From contig NC_042998.1 of NCBI RefSeq assembly GCF_006345805.1, forward strand, positions 9,548,001-9,612,000: a DNA stretch of 64,000 bases, written 5' to 3'. Position numbers and translations under genes: made by a program. Of this stretch, positions 62,042-64,000 are shown piece after piece. The DNA is from Octopus sinensis (lineage: Eukaryota). The notes below the pieces were generated by a model. That model ran no database searches, was not told where the DNA came from, and saw nothing but the letters and a program-made list of their open reading frames with translations. The stretch's first letter is position 1. The number at the start of each line of letters is the position of its first letter.

Positions 62042-62574
62042 TATATATATTATATATATATATATATAACCCTTTAATCCTTCAATCCTTAATTTCCATC
62101 TTTTCCGCCATTTGGCGGTGCCCCCGCCCCCACCACCAATACCGGTGAACACTTCTCACCATCTACACCGGATATGCCCTCCTCCCTCCTCCTCCCCCAC
62201 CACCATTGCGTGTGTCTCTCCCTCCTACCCCTCCTTCTCACATGCTTTCACTGTGTACTACCCCTTCCCCCACCAAGTCAAGCTGCTAGCACCGCAGCTC
62301 ATTAACTGCCCCACTGATCTTACGTTACCTCCTGTTTAGAATCTGTCACTGCCTCAATCTGACCATCTCCTTCCAGTCCCCTCCCCGTCTCGTGATATCC
62401 TACGTTTTTATTTCTTCTGCACCAACCCTTTCCTTGTCATCGTTCCTCCTTACCCAACCTTCCCCACTGGTGCTTCCCTATATTACCTGCACCCCCCCCC
62501 ACTATCTCTCCCTCTCTTTCCACTGGTGGAACCTTTCTCAGCTAGACCCCAACTCAACTCTAGAAAAGCTCGAA

Positions 62575-63033
62575 CCGATCGTGACCGATGCCGGACCCCC
62601 CGGCCCCTGTGCAGGTGGCACGTAAAAAGCACCCAATCCACTCTCGGAGTGGTTGGCGTTAGGAAGGGCATCCAGCCGTAGAAACTCTGCCAGATCAGAC
62701 TGGAGCCTGGAGAAGCCTCTGGCTTCCCAGACCCCGGTCAAACCGTCCAACCCGTGCTAGCGCGGAAAACGGACGTTAAACGATGATGATGATGATGATG
62801 ATATATAGCACCATCCGTCCGTGGCCGTTTGCCAGCTCCGTCTGGCACCTGTGTGGGTGGCACGTAAAAAGCACCCACTACACTCACGGAGTGGTTGGCG
62901 TTAGGAAGGGCATCCAGCCGTAGAAACACTGCCAGATCAGACTGGGCCTGATGCAGCCTTCTGGCTTCACAGACCCCAGTTGAACCATCCAACCCGTGCT
63001 AGCATGGAAAGCGGACGCTAAATGATGATGATG
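62575..63033 (+). mobile_element. Two adjacent RTE 3' UTR tails from different subfamilies
   Basis: Two GGAAGGGCATCC blocks, each followed by a (GAT)n tail (about 62800 and 63030). Confidence 0.85.
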
Positions 63034-63075
<42 letters not shown>

Positions 63076-63820
63076 AATTGCCAATTTGTGTCCTGCAACT
63101 ATTCAAATTTAAACATTAACTGCACTTAACTTATCTGTTTGAATTCATTTCCTAATCTAAGAAAGGATTAATAAACACATAACAATAGTCTTCCCTGCAT
63201 GTTAAAATAATTTTCTTTTATATAAATGCATTTCTATGTTGTTATTTATTTAAAACTAAAATGTCATATCTAGTTTCTGAAGTAAATTTGATTTAATATT
63301 TTTAAGGGATTTCCATGACTAGCTCTTCTATTACTTCTAAAGTATGTTAAAAAGGCTGTTATATTCAGTACTTGATGAAAGAGAAGTCTGGTTAAGCAGT
63401 TCCCACTAAATGAGAGTTCAGTCTGGTATTTTATTTATGTACTAGTGAACCCATTCCATTAATAACCTTTTTTGCTATAGGCAAAAGGCCTGAAATTTTG
63501 TGGGAGTGGATAGTCAGTTAGATCAACTCTTGTGCTCAGCTGGTTCTTATTTTGTTGATGAAAAGCAAAGTCGACATTGTAGCATTTGAACTCAACATAG
63601 AGTAGGAAGAAATTCGCAAAGGAAGGTCATCCCCTCTCGAAAACCTAAGTGATACGCATGGACTGCAGTTTCGAAATTATTGTCTCTTGTCAACACACAC
63701 TAATCACGGGTTTTCGATAAGAGAGACCTGTTTGCGAATATCTATTTAATGTTTTTCCAGTATCATTAAAGGGCACAAGATTGTGTCTAAAGCCAGCTGG
63801 AGACGATGATCTCTTGGGGC

Positions 63821-63890
63821 TAAAAAGCTACAGTAACACCCCCCACCCCTAGTGGTTAGCCATATTGAGATGGCTAGTATACTTTACGTT
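63821..63890 (+). mobile_element. Segment shared with the Helitron family (related element, runs toward the window end)
   Basis: AAAAAGCTACAGTAACACCCCC..GTGGTTAGCCATATTGAGATGGCTA..ATACTTTAC also occurs in the 21688 and 56533 copies. Confidence 0.6.
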
Positions 63891-64000
63891 GTCGAGCGCT
63901 TACTGTTTACATCTCGCTCAGAGATTTATTATTGCTTATATAAAAATATATTTTTCAGAATCTTTGATCTATTAATTTTCCAAATTGGTAAAAGGCTATG

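Noticed and set aside
63590-63810. Candidate next RNPS1 exon
   Set aside because: AG-started frames hit stops and show no RRM motif; the gene probably continues beyond the window.

Overview
AT-rich, intron-containing, repeat-dense animal DNA. It is almost certainly from an Octopus (inferred from the [11 protein letters not shown]-type C2H2 fingers and the SINE/RTE repeat families). Genes: (1) a single-exon 780-aa C2H2 zinc-finger gene (10192-12534, -) with 23 intact and 4 degenerate fingers; (2) a complete 8-exon EEF2KMT/FAM86A gene (46294->30012, -, 426 aa) with a roughly 95-100 aa insertion in its methyltransferase domain; (3) the 5' part of a probable RNPS1 gene (+), head-to-head with EEF2KMT across a <200-bp promoter, apparently with its ATG split by a 9.7-kb intron; (4) a tentative, unidentified multi-exon gene on + (about 22.3-29.7 kb) convergent with EEF2KMT. 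The rest is mobile DNA: a near-full-length RTE LINE with an embedded PHD finger, whose 3' UTR is the source of a dispersed repeat, plus other RTE and Penelope fragments, several tRNA-derived SINE families, and mariner, hAT, piggyBac, Helitron and Merlin-like elements. The most notable non-coding signals are hammerhead-ribozyme motifs: one with an intact core at 61876-61940 and a decayed one in a Penelope pLTR at 1504-1551. Gene models and repeat boundaries were read by eye; repeat ends are approximate unless a TSD is quoted.
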